This document shows positions 1 through 12,419 of a DNA stretch of 64,000 nucleotides, in pieces. Within the stretch, counting starts at the first letter, position 1. Every line of letters begins with the position of its first letter. Made by a program: the position numbers and the translations under genes. The DNA lies in assembly GCF_037042905.1 (NCBI RefSeq), contig NC_087252.1:26910001-26974000 (forward strand). The letters are read 5' to 3'. The DNA is from Lytechinus pictus. Its lineage: Eukaryota. A model generated the notes under the pieces. It did not search any database, had not been told where the DNA came from, and saw nothing but the letters and a program-made list of their open reading frames with translations.

Positions 1-283
1 TTTTGGCCGGCCTGGGCCCTGGCAAATGCAGTGGTCATTTTCTGTTTGAAAATTTGAAATATGCATCCTTGTGTTTACCAGTGCACATTATTAAAGCATT
101 AAGCGTTTTATTTCAGAAGCTTTGGCCTTGTAGACTGGTGCGGTCTAATGATGACCAAAGAAATTCTAGGGAATAATTTTAAAGGGGTCGGGGGATTGTG
201 TAATGGCTATGTCTGGAAACATACCTTCAAGTGAATTTCAATCACTTGCTGATAATGATAATTAACACAGCAATTATTATCTA

Positions 284-522
284 CACAGCAAAAACTGCGG
301 TGTTAACTGGTGTACATAGAGGACCACACCAGTGATTTTACACCGGTGTTAAATTGACAGTGTTAGTTTAGCACCTATAGGTGTTATTGCAACACCTTTG
401 GTTGTTACATGCACGCTCTTTGGTGTTATATTCAATCTCTAGGGTGTAATTTTAACACCAGAGGGTGTGGTTTTCTATTAACACCCACTGGTGTCAGTTT
501 TAACACCACAGTTTTTACAGTG
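284..522. mobile_element. MITE with CAC(A/T)G termini and TA target duplication
   Basis: Left CACAGCAAAAACTGCGGTGTTAA vs reverse complement of right end CACTGTAAAAACTGTGGTGTTAA; TA at 282-283 and 523-524; internal ACACC/GGTGT repeats; related fragment near 16722-16900. Confidence 0.85.
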
Positions 523-3500
523 TAGTAAACTATTCCGAGGTGCAGAGGGATGGTGGGGGGATTACAGGTAAATAATGTTTGTTTGAATGGGTGTATGAAC
601 AGATCTAATTAGCTTATAAAAATATTCTACAAAAGATAGAAGAAAACATATAGGATTTTAAATACTTTATAAATACTCAAGCGATTCTGCTGATCAGATC
701 AGATCAGTGATGTTTGGAACTTTGTTGTACATAGTCCTTTGCTTATTCCCTATATATATGCTTCCTTAAATTCAAACCCACTTATACATGTAGCATAAGT
801 ATGCTTGCAAGCGACATGTATTAACTAGCAAGCAATGAACTGGTCACTGCAGCTATATTTCATAGAATGCTCACCAGTCTAGGTTAATTTGTTTAGGTCA
901 GTGATGGATGTTTCTTTCCTTGGAAACTCTAGTAATGAGGTACTGTGTTATTAATAATACACACCATTTCTCTGACCTCTCTGCTGTTTGTTTTCATCAA
1001 GGGGAGTTACAAGGCTTTTGGATATTGGAGCTAAACTATTTTAACTGATTGGTTTTATATTAATAATTCAAGGCTCCACAGTCCACACTAACATGTTCAC
1101 CAAAATAATCACAATTTCACAATTTTGGTGGCTTGCAAAGCGAATTTAGTGGCCTGAAACAATGGAAAACATTTATTGAAACTTTGGTAGCCCAACCTGC
1201 CCTCCAAGTGTTGGCTTTTGAAGAATTTTGGTGGCCCAATTCTCATTTTTGGTTGCCCCGGGCCACTGCTAATGTCGATCTTTGCTTGATTCATCATCAA
1301 GTTTTAGGTTATCAAAATAGGTTGGAAGGGTAACCTTGGCCTGGGGTAGCTCTTGATCGCCATGACAACGGCTAATTTCCATTTGTGTCCTTAGTACCTT
1401 CATACATAAGTAACCGATGACAAGCAAAACACACTTGGGAAAAGTGATAGGCCTACCACAAACTTCATCCAACAGGTCTAGAAGTAGCTACACTATAAAA
1501 GAAGCAAGATAAATTGCACAATATAAAAGACAGAGATATATAAAATTTGTGTAACAGGCAATATACTCTTAACAGAATAGATGCTGAAAATAAATGACAT
1601 TCATGTAGGCATACACACCCACAGAAAATCTGTAGGATTATATGAATGTGAGTTATACATGTTGTACCACTATCCTAGCTGTTTTCAAGAGTTCTGAGAC
1701 TCAATCATAATGGATAGAAAATAAAGTACTACAACTAAACAATGCGTAGTTGAATACTTGAAGTTCTTGCATTGATACCTTTTGTTGTGCAGTTCTTACC
1801 CAATCTTGTAACCCATTTGATAGCCTTTGTTATCAAAGTAATGGGTAGTTTTAATAAGATGAGATTCTATTGATTAGAGGATTACACATTGCCTAGTCAC
1901 CCCATTCATAAGGGCTTTTGGCAAAGTGGTTCAAAGAAACTTTGGATTTGATACAAAGACCTGTAAAGATGTTGGGAATGGTTTTGAAGGTAATAGGGGG
2001 TTCATGACAAAAGGGGATTATAGGGGGATATGCATGGGGTGTGCATTTGGGGAAAGAATGGAATGAAATGAATTGACCTCATCTAGGACATACATACATG
2101 TAGGCATAGAAAGGTACAATTTAACCCTTTGTCTCCAGGAGCCAGATGTCCCTGTTCAAAGCATTGAAGAACTATAGAATTCAGTAGTCGATGAGGTAAA
2201 ATGGAAAAAGAATGCAGACCCTTTAATTTAAGATATACATTAATCATGGAGGTACCTCCATGCATTAATTAAGTATTGAATCTGGGATTTTTTTTCTTTA
2301 AAAGATGTGGTCTCTTCAGAACATTAAAAACCGCTATAGAGAGAACCCTGGCTGTAGGCCTATGTCAAATAAAATACAACGATCATGACACGGTGATGAA
2401 CAGTGAAAGTAACAAAATAGAATTAATTAAACAGAAAACTATGCAAGCTTATGCTATCTAAAAGAAACGAAATTGAAAATCACATCTGTACACAGATCAA
2501 ATTAACAATACATAATACATAGTGTGATCGAAATGCAATAATACATTAGCAAACTACATGCAGATAAAAAAAAAGAAATTAAGTAGGTGACAATAATAAT
2601 GGTATGAAAATAAGAAGTAAAAGAGAGTATTTGCTGAGAAATGAGCAAAATAAGCACAGTAATATTAATTCACTGTCCCACATATACCTTTTTGAGTTAG
2701 TGATCATAAGAATTAGTTATCAACCAAGATGTTATGGTTTCACAAAGTTAGGTTTAATTCAATGTACCAAATCTAGATCTATGATAACATGTTGGCAATT
2801 AACCTTGATTTTATTTATTTATTCATTTTTTGGTTTTCTTTATTTTGTATTGCAGGGTATGCCTGTTCAGTTATGCAAAACTGCTTTCCAAAGGCGCACT
2901 GCAGTTTAGCAAATAACTCAATATCATAGCAATTCAATGCATGTAACATGTAATAAAGACTTTCTCATTAAGTAATTTTTTGCTGCAACTACTTGTACTT
3001 TAATTTACCTGTAATGAACTATTAGAATAGGCACTAGAGCCCACTTATTGCATCTAATTATAAATAAAATAATGTCTAAAGTATTGGTACAATATGTTCA
3101 ATAATGTGAAAGGGCTTATCATAATACGGCCCTAATCTGGCAAAAGGGTCTATCTGCACATTCGCCCTCGAAAAACTTTCTGAGAAAATCAGCTTTGAAG
3201 TTTGAGCATTTAATTTACTTGTAGAATACTTGAGAGTTAATTTTAGCTGGTGGACTCTATTCTATCACTTAGTTTATCTTTGAAAAATTATTTTTAGTCC
3301 CTTTTCATTATTTTAATCCCTTTACTTTTCTTGTAAGATCCAATTTAATGCAGATAGACCCTTTTACCAGATTAATCTCGGGAGCAAAGACAGTGATATT
3401 TATCTGGCAAAAGGGTCTATCTGCACATAGACCCTATAAAAATTGGCTGTAATCTGGCAAAAGGGTCTATCTGCACATAGACCTTTTTGCCAGATTAAAT

Positions 3501-3664
3501 GATGGCAGATAATATGTTTATTTTATCAGGCAAACGGGGTCTATCTGCAGATACACCCTGTTGCAGAGGGAAATTGTGTTAATTTAACCAGGCAGAAAGG
3601 TATATCTGCACGGTTGGTAAACTATTATAATATTTGACAGGCTGCGCAGGACTCTCAACTTCAT

Positions 3665-4350
3665 GGTCTACAACCACTTGGTTTACTATCCATTTTGTCC
3701 AAAACCATTTGGTCTACTGACCGTTTGGTCCATAACCATTTGGTCTACTAGGCATTTATTACAAAACCATTTGGTCTACTAGGCGTTTGGTCCACAACCA
3801 TTTGGTCTACTAGGCGTTGTTACAAAACCATTTGGTCTAATAGGCGTTTGGTCCACAACCATTTGGTCTACTAGGCGTTTGGTCCACAACCATTTGGTCT
3901 ACTAGGTGTTTGGTCCATAAACATTTGGTCTACTAGACTTTGTTACAAAACCACTAGTCTACTAGGCGTTTGGTCCACAAGTATTTGGTCTACTAGGCGT
4001 TTAGTCCACGACCATTCGGTCTACTAGGCATTGATACAAAACTATTTGGTCTACTATGCGTTTGGTCCACAAGCATTTGGTCTTCTAGGCGTCTGGTCCA
4101 CAACCATTTGGTCTAAGTAGTAATTTCATTTGGTCTACGAGGAATGTTACAAAAACCATTTGGTCTACTAGGCATTTGGTCCGTAACTAATTGGTCTAAG
4201 TAGGTATTTGGTCTACCAGGAATGTAACAAAAAACATTTGATCTACTAGGTGTTTGGTCCGTAACTAATTGGTCTAAGTAGGCATTTGGTCCACAGCCAG
4301 CCATTTGGTCTACCAGGAATGTTACAAAAACCATTTGATTTACTAGGCGT
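3665..4350. repeat. Minisatellite, ~30-31-bp unit (CCATTTGGTCTACTAGGCGTTTGGTCCACAA)
   Basis: About 20 diverged tandem copies, with units ending in either GTCCACAA or GTTACAAAA. Confidence 0.92.
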
Positions 4351-5249
4351 TTATAACTAATTGACTTTGTTCTGAAAGCAATCGGTTGGATGCACAGGGT
4401 GTCTTAGCGATTGGAAAATTTAAAACCTAACCCCCCCCAACAAAAATACATAAATAAATAAATAAATAAAAATAATAATAATAATGATGACACTATCCAA
4501 GATTTTACACTTAATTGGGTAGGATATTGTTGATTATACACAATTAATCAATTATAAAGTTGGACATAACAATTTTTTGAAAAGTTTTATCCATCTTATA
4601 AGATCTTCATTAATTATAACCAATTGTATTTTGATTTCTCTTTCTCACACATGCCACAGACTGACGAAGAGTTTTACTTTGCCTTTCATTCTTTAAGAGC
4701 TATCTGTTTTCTTGTAAAATCTATGATTTTATTTTTTATATGGCAGTCTAACATCTACCAATTGTGTTTTTTCATTTCTTCAATTTTTTGCCTTTTTCTC
4801 CTCTCTCCCTTGCTCTCCTGTTCTTTTTCTCTATTCTTCTTCTTTCGTGCTATCCTTCCTTTCTTAAATCTGTATTCACCTTTTGCAATGTTCTGCGGCA
4901 TTGCACTTTGACATATAGAAGTAGTGTGGGGAGCTTATTTCAAATATTGCTGTCCCTCAGCGATCTGATCCCCTGAGTCAGGGTTATACGGGCGTGATTA
5001 CAACTGGCAGGCCAAAGATACATGTATTCATTCGAGCAAACCCATTTTAAATCTTTAATTTTGATATTGCTGATTGACAAAAATGAATGAATATGATTAA
5101 TAATCCTACACTGATTCTAGGGAGGGTAACTTTACTGAACTTTCTTTTTTCAAATTGGGATGATATCACCACTTTGGAACTATTTTTATACTGGTGGAAG
5201 AAGTATTGCCATTTTACTGTCTCAAGTCATGAATTTGATCCTGTCACCC

Positions 5250-6128
5250 AGATACCCATATACTCCAAATTTTAGTGGCACATATGTAAAATTCAAGAAA
5301 ATGAGTTCAATGATTTTTCATGGCGGCCATCTTTGATTTCAAATGGCGGCTGACCCGATGGTCAAATCGCTTGAGGCCGGCAATATTTGAAATCAGCGCC
5401 CAAAATTAAGCCTATATGCCAAATTTCAATACCGCAGTTCGTATAAAACTCGAGAAAATGATTGCAACGATATTTCATGGCGGCCATCTTGGATTTCAAG
5501 ATGGCGGCCATTTTGCTGCCAACCAAATGGTCAAATTGCTGGGGACCGGCAATATTTGAAATCAGTGCTTTAAAATACCCCTATTTGCCAAATTTCAGTG
5601 TCACATGTCATGTAAAACTCAAGAAAATGACATTTAATGATTTCTCATGGCGGCCATCTTGGATTTCAAAATGGCGGCCGACCCGATAGTCAAATCACTT
5701 GGGGCCGGCAATATTCGAAATTAGCACCCCAAATTAAGCCTATATGCCAAATATCAATACCGCAGTCAAAAGTCGAGAAAATGATTGCAATAATATATCA
5801 TGGCGGCCATCTTGGATTTCAAAATGGCGGTCATTTTGCCGCTGGCCGAATGGTCAAATTGCTGGGGGCCGGCAATATTTGAAAATCAGTGCCTCGAAAT
5901 ACCCCTATATGCCAAATTTCAGTGTCACGTGCCATGTAAAAGTCAAGAAAATGACATTTAATGATTTTTCATGGCGGCCATCTTGGATTTTAAAATGGCA
6001 GCCAACCCGATGGTAAAATCGCTTGGGGCCGGCAATTTTTGAAATCAGCGCCCCAAAATACCCCTGTATGCCAAATTTCACACTTTCTGCCAGATTCGAG
6101 CATCTTTTTCACATATCTACTGGACTAG
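5250..6128. repeat. Tandem array of alternating ~155/~170-bp units (dimeric ~325-bp period) rich in ATGGCGGCCATCTTG
   Basis: CATGGCGGCCATCTT at ~5320, 5477, 5647, 5800, 5971 (spacings 157, 170, 153, 171); explains the repetitive ORFs 5462-6016. Confidence 0.9.
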
Positions 6129-7029
6129 ATACTGTAGACCCTTTTGCCTGATTAAATAAATACGTCTTCTCCACCATGTAATCTGGCAAAAGGGTCTATG
6201 TGCAAATAAACCCCTTTGACAGATTACTATCACTTTTTATAGGGTCTATGTGCAGATAGACCCTTCTGCCAGATTAGATACCAGTAAAATGATGGAATTT
6301 GATATTGGTGTCCTCTGGTATCTCGAAAACGAAAGCTCGAGCACCACTGAGAGTTGGCCAGATGAAAATTTTGGTCTCATAAACCCTAGATATGAAAAAA
6401 AAAAAATTTCCAAAATTTTGCAGATAGACCCTTTTGCCAGATTAGGGCCGAATAGCCTACTAACTAACATTGCATTTCAACCTTATAAAAGTGTAGCGGA
6501 TCACTAATAATTAAAAAAACAGTTGATCCATCAAAGTCATAAAATCTTGAATCATTTAAAAGTCTGGTCAAAATGTTCCACACTACGTTAGCACTGCAAG
6601 CATCTCTCATTTGTTGCTTGTATGTGATAAAATTTCATGTATCTGAACATCTCTTGTCTTCCCCTACTAGTCTGGATGCCATGTTTCTACAAACAATCTG
6701 GGATTGCTGTATAAACAATCCAGCTCTCTCTTGGTTCATTGTTTAGTCTATCTGGAAATCGTGCAGCTTCCATAGCAAACTTCAAATGCTTTGTTGCGAT
6801 CTGCGAACTATATTTCAAACAATATGTATATTGGGGCCTAGATGTACATGAGTATCAGCGTATGCCCCTCAATCTACATCGATTACATAAAATACAAAAT
6901 TTCTTGAAACTTCCCTTCTCAATGAAAATTACTGTAGAAGATCTCTTTAATAATATGGCTAGCAAATTATCATCCATTTCTACAAAAGGATGTGAATATC
7001 TAAATCAAAAGAAAGATGTAAAGGTGTAA

Positions 7030-7409
7030 TACCCCTTTCATAAACCCATCCTCCAATTAGCCGCCAAAGAGTAATGCGGATAATTCAATAAAAATTGCGT
7101 TCACAAACTACGAAAATAATCCGCACTATTTTTACGAGCGCCCGTCCTGGAAAAGGCGGATAATCGTCATGACAACTGCACACGCCCCCTCCGATGCGGT
7201 TGTGTTGGAAAAGGGTGACCTTGTGACCGCACCATGGCAATTATCCGCATTATTTGAAAATGTGTTCATAAAGTCAAAATCTGGTCCCGATGCCGCTATT
7301 ATGCGGATAATTGCAGCATCAAAATAATGCGGATAACTCTGGTCCTCATCCGATTTTAAGACCAAATTATGCTGCTATTAGCCGCATAATTGGGTTTATG
7401 AAAGGGGTA
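7030..7409. mobile_element. PIF/Harbinger-like MITE, 380 bp (copy 1)
   Basis: TIR TACCCCTTTCATAAACCCA; 3-bp TSD TAA/TAA; near-identical inverted copy at 55015-55394. Confidence 0.92.
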
Positions 7410-8443
7410 TAAAAGGGCCTACATGTATACACTCCAAATTGCAGGGATATAAATTAAATTCAGGCGAACTGGAGATAGGGACCAATCAAATTCTGGATGA
7501 AGTTTTAGCCGTTGAAAAATATTTTTAAATCTTGAGGGATTTGAATTTCCATCCTTTATGATTTAAAAAGGAATCTTAAAAAAAAAATTAATTCCCTATA
7601 ATTTGGAGTTTAGATATGTATCTGCATTCATTTGTTATGTTTCATTCACTATTTTTGATGTTTTTACCGTCTTCTATGCGTAAAGGTGTTGACAGATAAG
7701 GTCTGGGGTGTCTAGACTAAGACAGAAGGCATTCCAAGCAACAGGGTTTGGTTTGTACATTACGGGGAGGTGTTGAGTGACCAGATAATAATCCGAAAAG
7801 CAATGCCAAAGTCAATTTCAAGCCCTTGTTAATTTCACCTGAGTTGTTTATTTTTTGCGCTGGGGATGTTGATTTTGAAAACAGCTATGCAGAGGCTGCT
7901 AAATCGGGTATCCCCTCGATCTGGATGATTTTGTTACAACTTGGGAGTATGTTCGCCAATGTCTACATGGAGGAATTTCTACAAAGAGGGGCAACGTAAT
8001 TTGGTAGATTGGGTGCCATTTTATATCTTGCCTTTCATTTTCAGCAATATGAAGCAATGAAAGTATGTTTTACTCTGTTTTACCACACAAACAACGATTT
8101 CATGAGATTTGGCGGCCATCGGGGGGGGGGGGGAAGAGCGCTAACCACAATTTTCAACGAAGTTCAATAAAGAAAACATGGTTGCATTCACTAAACTAAT
8201 TTTGTTAGTTGTAATTTGAATAAATATGTTTCACTAGATTCCAAAAATGATAAAGTGAAAAGGCATTTCTGTACAAACCATGCACTGGTATTCAAATTCA
8301 ATTGAAAGTTCATAATCATACAGAATTCTACCAGGGGGAATTCTTTGACATTTCTGACACACAGAGTTTGACTCCAGCATGATTTTGGATAAAGTGTTTA
8401 AATTTGAGTCTGTGCTCGTAGACTAAGTAGTGTGTGGGCTTAA

Positions 8444-9881
8444 AGTTGAATTAAGAAGGGGGTGAGTTTCCATAAATATAGGTTCTACATACAATATATA
8501 GTATATATAAGTTGTTCAAACACATAGCATGTCACAATAATCCTCTGCCTTCTCGATATTTTGCTTTGAAAGTCTATGAAATTAGCCACCTGTCAGAGCC
8601 CGAGAGACGAGTGTACAGAAAAGTCACTCGGAGTGTGATGTCACCGGGGGGAATTTAGTATAAGAGGTGCCTGAATGTCATACAGAAATGCTATGCAGAG
8701 AGAGAAAGATATTTTACAATTTTTTTTCAAAGCAACTCAAATCAAACAAATAGGACTGATATGTACAAATCTTTACTTTCCCTGTATAAAAAACAGTATG
8801 AATAACCACCATGAACTCTTCAATCATGATGTAAGATAGCAAACAGTGAGTTATTGAATGATATTTTCACTATTTCTCATTTATTTTATCACGATGTTCA
8901 ATCAAGTGAGTAGCTGGAAAGTAATTCCGGCGGCTAGCTCAGCGCGCGCTGAACGCATAATACTAGTACACACAACACCCAGGCATTGAGTGTACTGTTA
9001 TGGTCTGGTATGTCGACTTAGTTCATGGCCGTGCAGCGATCCCCTGGCGTTTTTTCTTCTTTTCTTTTGTCTTTGACTCCACTTTTATATCCTCTGGATC
9101 ATTTCCACTCATAGCTCATTCCACAGAACAATCTTGAACCAAACGTATAGTATTCTTTCTCGGCCTTCTGAGTTGTTTTCTATATTTAATTACGCTAGGG
9201 GTCACCGTCACACATACAAACGCAATTCGGAAGTGAGTTGAAGACAGAAAGATATATAGTAATTAGTATACATCTCTATGGCTGAAGACAACAAGAACGG
9301 TACGGTAGCTCGACAGCTAGCTGCGCCGGAGCGGGCGGCCGGTCGGCACAAAGCAATTCCGCAACCAACTATGTTTTTTTGCAAGAGCCGCGTCACACGC
9401 GGATAAATATGTCATAATAACACGTCTGCTACGTTATCGACTGGTGAGAAGATCTCGATCAAATTTCATATTATTCACCTTGAAATTATTCCTTTAGGGT
9501 CTATGGTATCATTCTGAGGGAATTCACATATTTGGAATAATAGTACGGCCACAAATATTTTAATCATTTCCTCTTTGCAAGTTCTATGGCTCGCAGATAC
9601 AACTTCAACTGCAGTTATTCCATAGTAGTACACAAAACGGCACTGCCTTGTTTACTAAACCGGGACCGAATACCCCCCGGTGACGTCACACTCAAAGAAC
9701 ACCCGTCTCGGTAGGCATTGCAGGAGCGAACTCGGGGAAAATGGGTAGGGATAAATCGTTCAAATTCACTATTTTGAAAAAAGAAAATGGGGGGTCGAAT
9801 CACCTATTAGTGTTTGGGGGGTTGTAAGGTTGCTATTAATGTAAATATCTCAATATTTGGAATCGTCTTCTTAATTCAACT
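8444..9881. mobile_element. 1.44-kb non-autonomous TTAA-targeting (Kolobok-like) DNA transposon
   Basis: TTAA|AGTTGAATTAAGAAG ... CTTCTTAATTCAACT|TTAA; subterminal inverted repeat GAGTGTGATGTCACCGGGGGG (~8631) / CCCCCCGGTGACGTCACACTC (~9673); CpG-rich interior. Confidence 0.85.
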
Positions 9882-10407
9882 TTAAAAGGAGATTGAAATT
9901 GCAATTAACAACTCCCCCAAATAACCATGTTTCGTGTTTGGATTTCTTATTCCTGACAGAGGAATTAGAATGAATGCACCCTACATGTAAATGATGACCA
10001 AGTGTCGCATCTCAACTGATAGATGGCTCTAAGTGTATTTCTAGAACAGAAATTTATTACACTTAATGCACTTACATAGTTTTGAATGTAATAGGACTAC
10101 TTGTAGTTAAGTTGTTACTTGATATTTTTATAGGAAGTGAAGGAATACAAAAATTGGAGTGGAGGATGTAGCCTACACATGTTCTCTCCGAAAGATTGAG
10201 CAAATTTGAATTCGCTTGTCACTCCCCTTTAATAGTAATAATGTCAAGGATTACTCAATTTGGAGTGATTTTAGAGTGAACATCTCATTTTTTCACACAA
10301 ATTTAGATTCATTTAATATCAACAAGTGAAAGTTGTAGTCACTCCCTCTGAGGAGTACATTGTTGTTCAGGTTTTAGAGGCTAGTGTATGGAAGGATGGC
10401 AAGGACC

Positions 10408-10599
10408 TAGTCTGCAGGCACAGACCCTTGGTTTTCGCAATTTCACATAGTGCATAAGCAGAGTCTGAAGTAGTGAGACTAGATTCACTATGTACTGTGG
10501 CTGACTCTACCATGTGACACAGAGTCTTTGGAGTCTAGTCTTCACTCTAGACCTGTTATTGGGTTAAAATATCAAATATGAGTCTGTGCTTGCAGACTA
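10408..10599. mobile_element. MITE with TAG termini and 9-bp TSD (AcademH-like)
   Basis: TIR TAGTCTGCA(G/A)GCACAGAC; perfect 9-bp TSD GCAAGGACC at 10399-10407 and 10600-10608; paralog at 58306-58499. Confidence 0.88.
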
Positions 10600-10655
10600 G
10601 CAAGGACCTGTATTGGTATAACCAAAAATCTGTTTAAAGCTCCTTGGGATAACTC

Positions 10656-10838
10656 TAGTCTGCAGGTACAGACCCTGATTGAAACTTTGATCAGCAAGTG
10701 TGTCTCCAAGCAAAGACTACATGTAGCACATACAAAACTTGCTGAAAACATTTCAATTCAGGGCCTTCAATACACGTGGCATGAGTAGGCTGCACGTCCA
10801 GACCCTTAACTCAAGTGAAGGGTTTGCACAGCAGACTA
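10656..10838. mobile_element. Related TAGTCTGC-ended MITE
   Basis: TAGTCTGCAGGTACAGACCC ... GGGTTTGCACAGCAGACTA; flanks GGATAACTC / GTATGACTC (7/9 match). Confidence 0.7.
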
Positions 10839-12419
10839 GTATGACTCCCATGTCCCTGGTAAGAAGCAAGGATGGTCCATGGAGTAAAGAAGTGACAAAA
10901 GCCAGCAAATATGAGAAAGGAATTATGGGTATGGATTCTTCCTACGACCTTGGAAATCCCATGAGTGTTTATTAAGGGTCAGATTGAAAAATATGAAAGA
11001 TGGGAATTTGTGATATGGTGGGATTGGTATCGGATCGAGTTTAATACTGCTCCCGAAAATGAGATGGGTTCCATGAATTGGCTGGAGACCTGGGATAGAT
11101 GCGCTCTCTCTTCATCCCCTTTACCCAGTCTCCCAGCTCGCCTCTTCACCGTCATCCCCCTAGTTCTTTGTTACTGGTGGCAGAGGGGTTGACTGGTTAC
11201 AGGCGGGGAGTGGGGTGGGGGAATATTTGAAAATATAACGGTGCACTCCATAGAATTCTTTCATTGCACGCTCCATAAAATGAGCGATGGCATTTTTTCT
11301 TGCTTGTTTATTTTTCAGAAATATTTTTACTTGTTAAATTTTTCAGACAAGTTCGCATCAAGTAAAAGTCCAGCTCTAGATTCGCGCCTTATCAGTTGCC
11401 CCTCCAGTGAATGTGAATCTTCAAGTACCACTGGTACAAAAACTTGCCGCTTGTTTCCCCTCTTACATTGTATTTAGTTCACAACTCACCTGGAGTCCTG
11501 ATTAGTGGTGGACTGAGCCCCCCCCCCCCCCCGTCCTCAGCACTCCCCATCTCTTTGCCAGTGGTCTTGATATGAGAGAGTGCATCAGGTACCCCCCCCC
11601 CCCATTTCATATTTTAGAGAGTTCTCAGGATGTTCTTTTGTATGGAGACCACCTCACTCCCTTTCTTCCCCCACCCTGCCCCGCCCCTTGCTTGTCCTCC
11701 TCTTGCCTTGGTAGAGAGGTACGTATCATTTACCCCTCTAGAGATATTAGGAGCTCAAACAGGGGTGTTCAAATCCAACCAGCCCCTTGTTCGTTTGCTT
11801 GCATGGCTTGCCTCATCTTCATGACAAGTGCTTCTGGTAGAGGGGCTCAGTTACCCCTCTAGAGATTATAGGATGAAATAAGGCTACCAAAGTCATATCT
11901 CTAGGAAGGCGAGTCCTTTGTTAGCCCTCTCCATCCTCTAACCCCTTCAACCCCTTCCTCATCGTTCTACCGTTCCTTGTATTATTACCTGAAAAGGCAG
12001 CTACTGCAGCTTAGCCTGGGTGATATAGCAGTTTCTTGAGTACCTAACAAGGTGGATATGATACGTGTTCTATATAAATCCTATCTTTTATTATTACCCC
12101 TATTACGTATTGTTTAGAGTTTAAATGATAGTGTTCAATTCCATAGATTATCCCATTTTCATTCGTTTTCATCCACCTATCTGTCTTGCCCTGCCCCGAC
12201 CTTCTTAGTAGGGTCTTCCATAGTGTAAATGAAACTATCTCAAAGAGGGAGGGTGGGAGGGGAGGGGGAGGGAGGGAGGGAGAGGGGGTCAAGTCTATCC
12301 CCTTTTCATTTCCCTCCTATTCACATCACAAGCCCTTGCCCCCAGGCCTACTTAAAGGTCAAGTCCATCCTAGAAAAATGTTGATTTTAATAAATAGAGA
12401 AAAATCACACTAAAATCCT

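Larger units (their letters stand above)
3127..6450. mobile_element. 3.3-kb non-autonomous TIR DNA transposon with subterminal repeats and nested arrays
   Basis: 32-bp TIR CGGCCCTAATCTGGCAAAAGGGTCTATCTGCA at 3127 and inverted at 6419-6450; 4-bp duplication AATA at 3123-3126 and 6451-6454; the TIR core recurs in both orientations at ~3350-3610 and ~6135-6275. Confidence 0.88.

Noticed and set aside
3665..4350. CRISPR-like periodic array
   Set aside because: Units are contiguous diverged copies with no unique spacers, no cas genes, and the context is eukaryotic; it is a minisatellite
7132..7365. 77-aa ORF with a near-identical partner at 55059-55292, suggesting a small gene family
   Set aside because: Both lie within copies of the same 380-bp MITE; the similarity is repeat-derived
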